64,000 nucleotides of DNA, taken from NCBI GenBank assembly GCA_018238155.1, contig JABCTZ010000033.1:1-64000 (forward strand), in the 5' to 3' direction. This document shows positions 63,407 to 64,000 of the stretch, one piece after another. The stretch is from Candidatus Heimdallarchaeota archaeon. Its GTDB lineage: Archaea > Asgardarchaeota > Heimdallarchaeia > JABLTI01. How positions within the stretch are numbered: position 1 is the first letter of the stretch; each line of letters begins with the position of its first letter. Under the pieces are notes generated by a model that was not told the origin of the DNA, ran no database searches, and worked only from the letters and a program-made list of their open reading frames with translations. The position numbers and the translations under genes are program-made.

Positions 63407-63725
63407 AGCAAGATACAAAATAATTAAAAAATACAAGCAGTATCTTGAACCAATTAAAAAGGCTTGCCTTGAATTTTTTCCTAAATCGAAAGTTTATCTT
63501 TTCGGTAGTGCCCTTAGAGGAGAGCTTGTAGCTGCTAGTGATATCGATATTTTAATTGTTGTAAAAAAAGAGTTTACAAATCAAAGGGAAAGAGCAACAA
63601 TAATCATTGGTATTGAAGATAAAGTTAGTTTACCATTTGTTCATCCATTTGAATTTCATTTAATATCACAAAGAGAATATGTGAAATTTATTAACATCAC
63701 AAATACTCAATTAGAAGAAATCTAA
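63381..63725 (+). CDS. Minimal nucleotidyltransferase (MNT), HEPN-MNT toxin-antitoxin partner
   Basis: VYLFGSALRGELVAASDIDILIV; overlaps the 3' end of the HEPN gene. Confidence 0.9.
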   Translation: MLKIFEIGKARYKIIKKYKQYLEPIKKACLEFFPKSKVYLFGSALRGELVAASDIDILIVVKKEFTNQRERATIIIGIEDKVSLPFVHPFEFHLISQREYVKFINITNTQLEEI

Positions 63726-63911
63726 TTTCTTCATTCAAATCGAAGAAGAAGGAATATAAACGAATTTTTTACTTCATTTTGGTTTTGTTATAACAACTAG
63801 ATGATTAATATATCATTTAGAATCAACAATAAGTGAACTTTTGAAAAACGAGAAGAGTTTGTTGAAGGATTGATAAAACACAAAAAAAGAAGAAGAAAGG
63901 TTGTTTTTGCT

Positions 63912-64000
63912 TTACCAACCTACTTTTCGTTTCTGCAAAGATTGAGCGAAACCTGCTAAGTCTTTCATACTGGGAGCACTTGTTGTAGCATTCGCAGAAT
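63912..64000 (-). CDS. Possible 3' end of a gene running in from beyond the window
   Basis: Open frame ...SANATTSAPSMKDLAGFAQSLQKRKVGW* followed by a T-rich tract on the minus strand. Confidence 0.3.
   Translation of the reverse strand, partial: SANATTSAPSMKDLAGFAQSLQKRKVGW

Noticed and set aside
63029-63725. HEPN-MNT pair as a novel system
   Set aside because: Well-known, widespread archaeal toxin-antitoxin module.
1-64000. Genome-wide reassignment of TAA to an amino acid
   Set aside because: TAA is the evident true terminator of many intact genes here (e.g. 2281, 5110, 7003, 14576, 27062, 63725), often right after TM/basic tails.

Overview
AT-rich, gene-dense window that looks like an Asgard archaeon, probably Heimdallarchaeia-like. 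This is inferred from three small Ras-superfamily GTPases, longin-like domains, many surface proteins ending in a TM helix plus basic tail, and GGAG/GGTG ribosome-binding motifs. 1-20 kb: a cluster of secreted, membrane-anchored surface proteins (CBM-like, FG-GAP/TSP3, C25 peptidase, FN3/Ig-repeat, LVIVD, BNR propeller), two of them broken by clean in-frame TAA codons. 20-47 kb: two GTPase neighbourhoods (Rab-like GTPase + APC amino-acid permease + Zn/V4R-like protein; uDENN/longin-like + Arf-like GTPase + 7TM protein), two inverted paralogous surface proteins whose core has two long amphipathic beta-hairpins typical of pore-forming proteins, transporters and a TPR-longin protein. 48-62 kb: a REC/PAS/GAF signalling block, mostly pseudo-receivers and His-less kinase remnants, plus an Arf-longin fusion, bracketed by a ~200-bp direct repeat. 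The window ends with a HEPN-MNT pair. No rRNA, tRNA, CRISPR array, integrase or transposase was recognised. Best candidates for an undescribed system: the tightly coupled DENN-like/Arf/7TM operon (31.7-33.7 kb) and the membrane-tethered two-hairpin pore-former-like paralogs (24-27 and 40.6-44.2 kb). All domain calls come from motif reading, not database searches.
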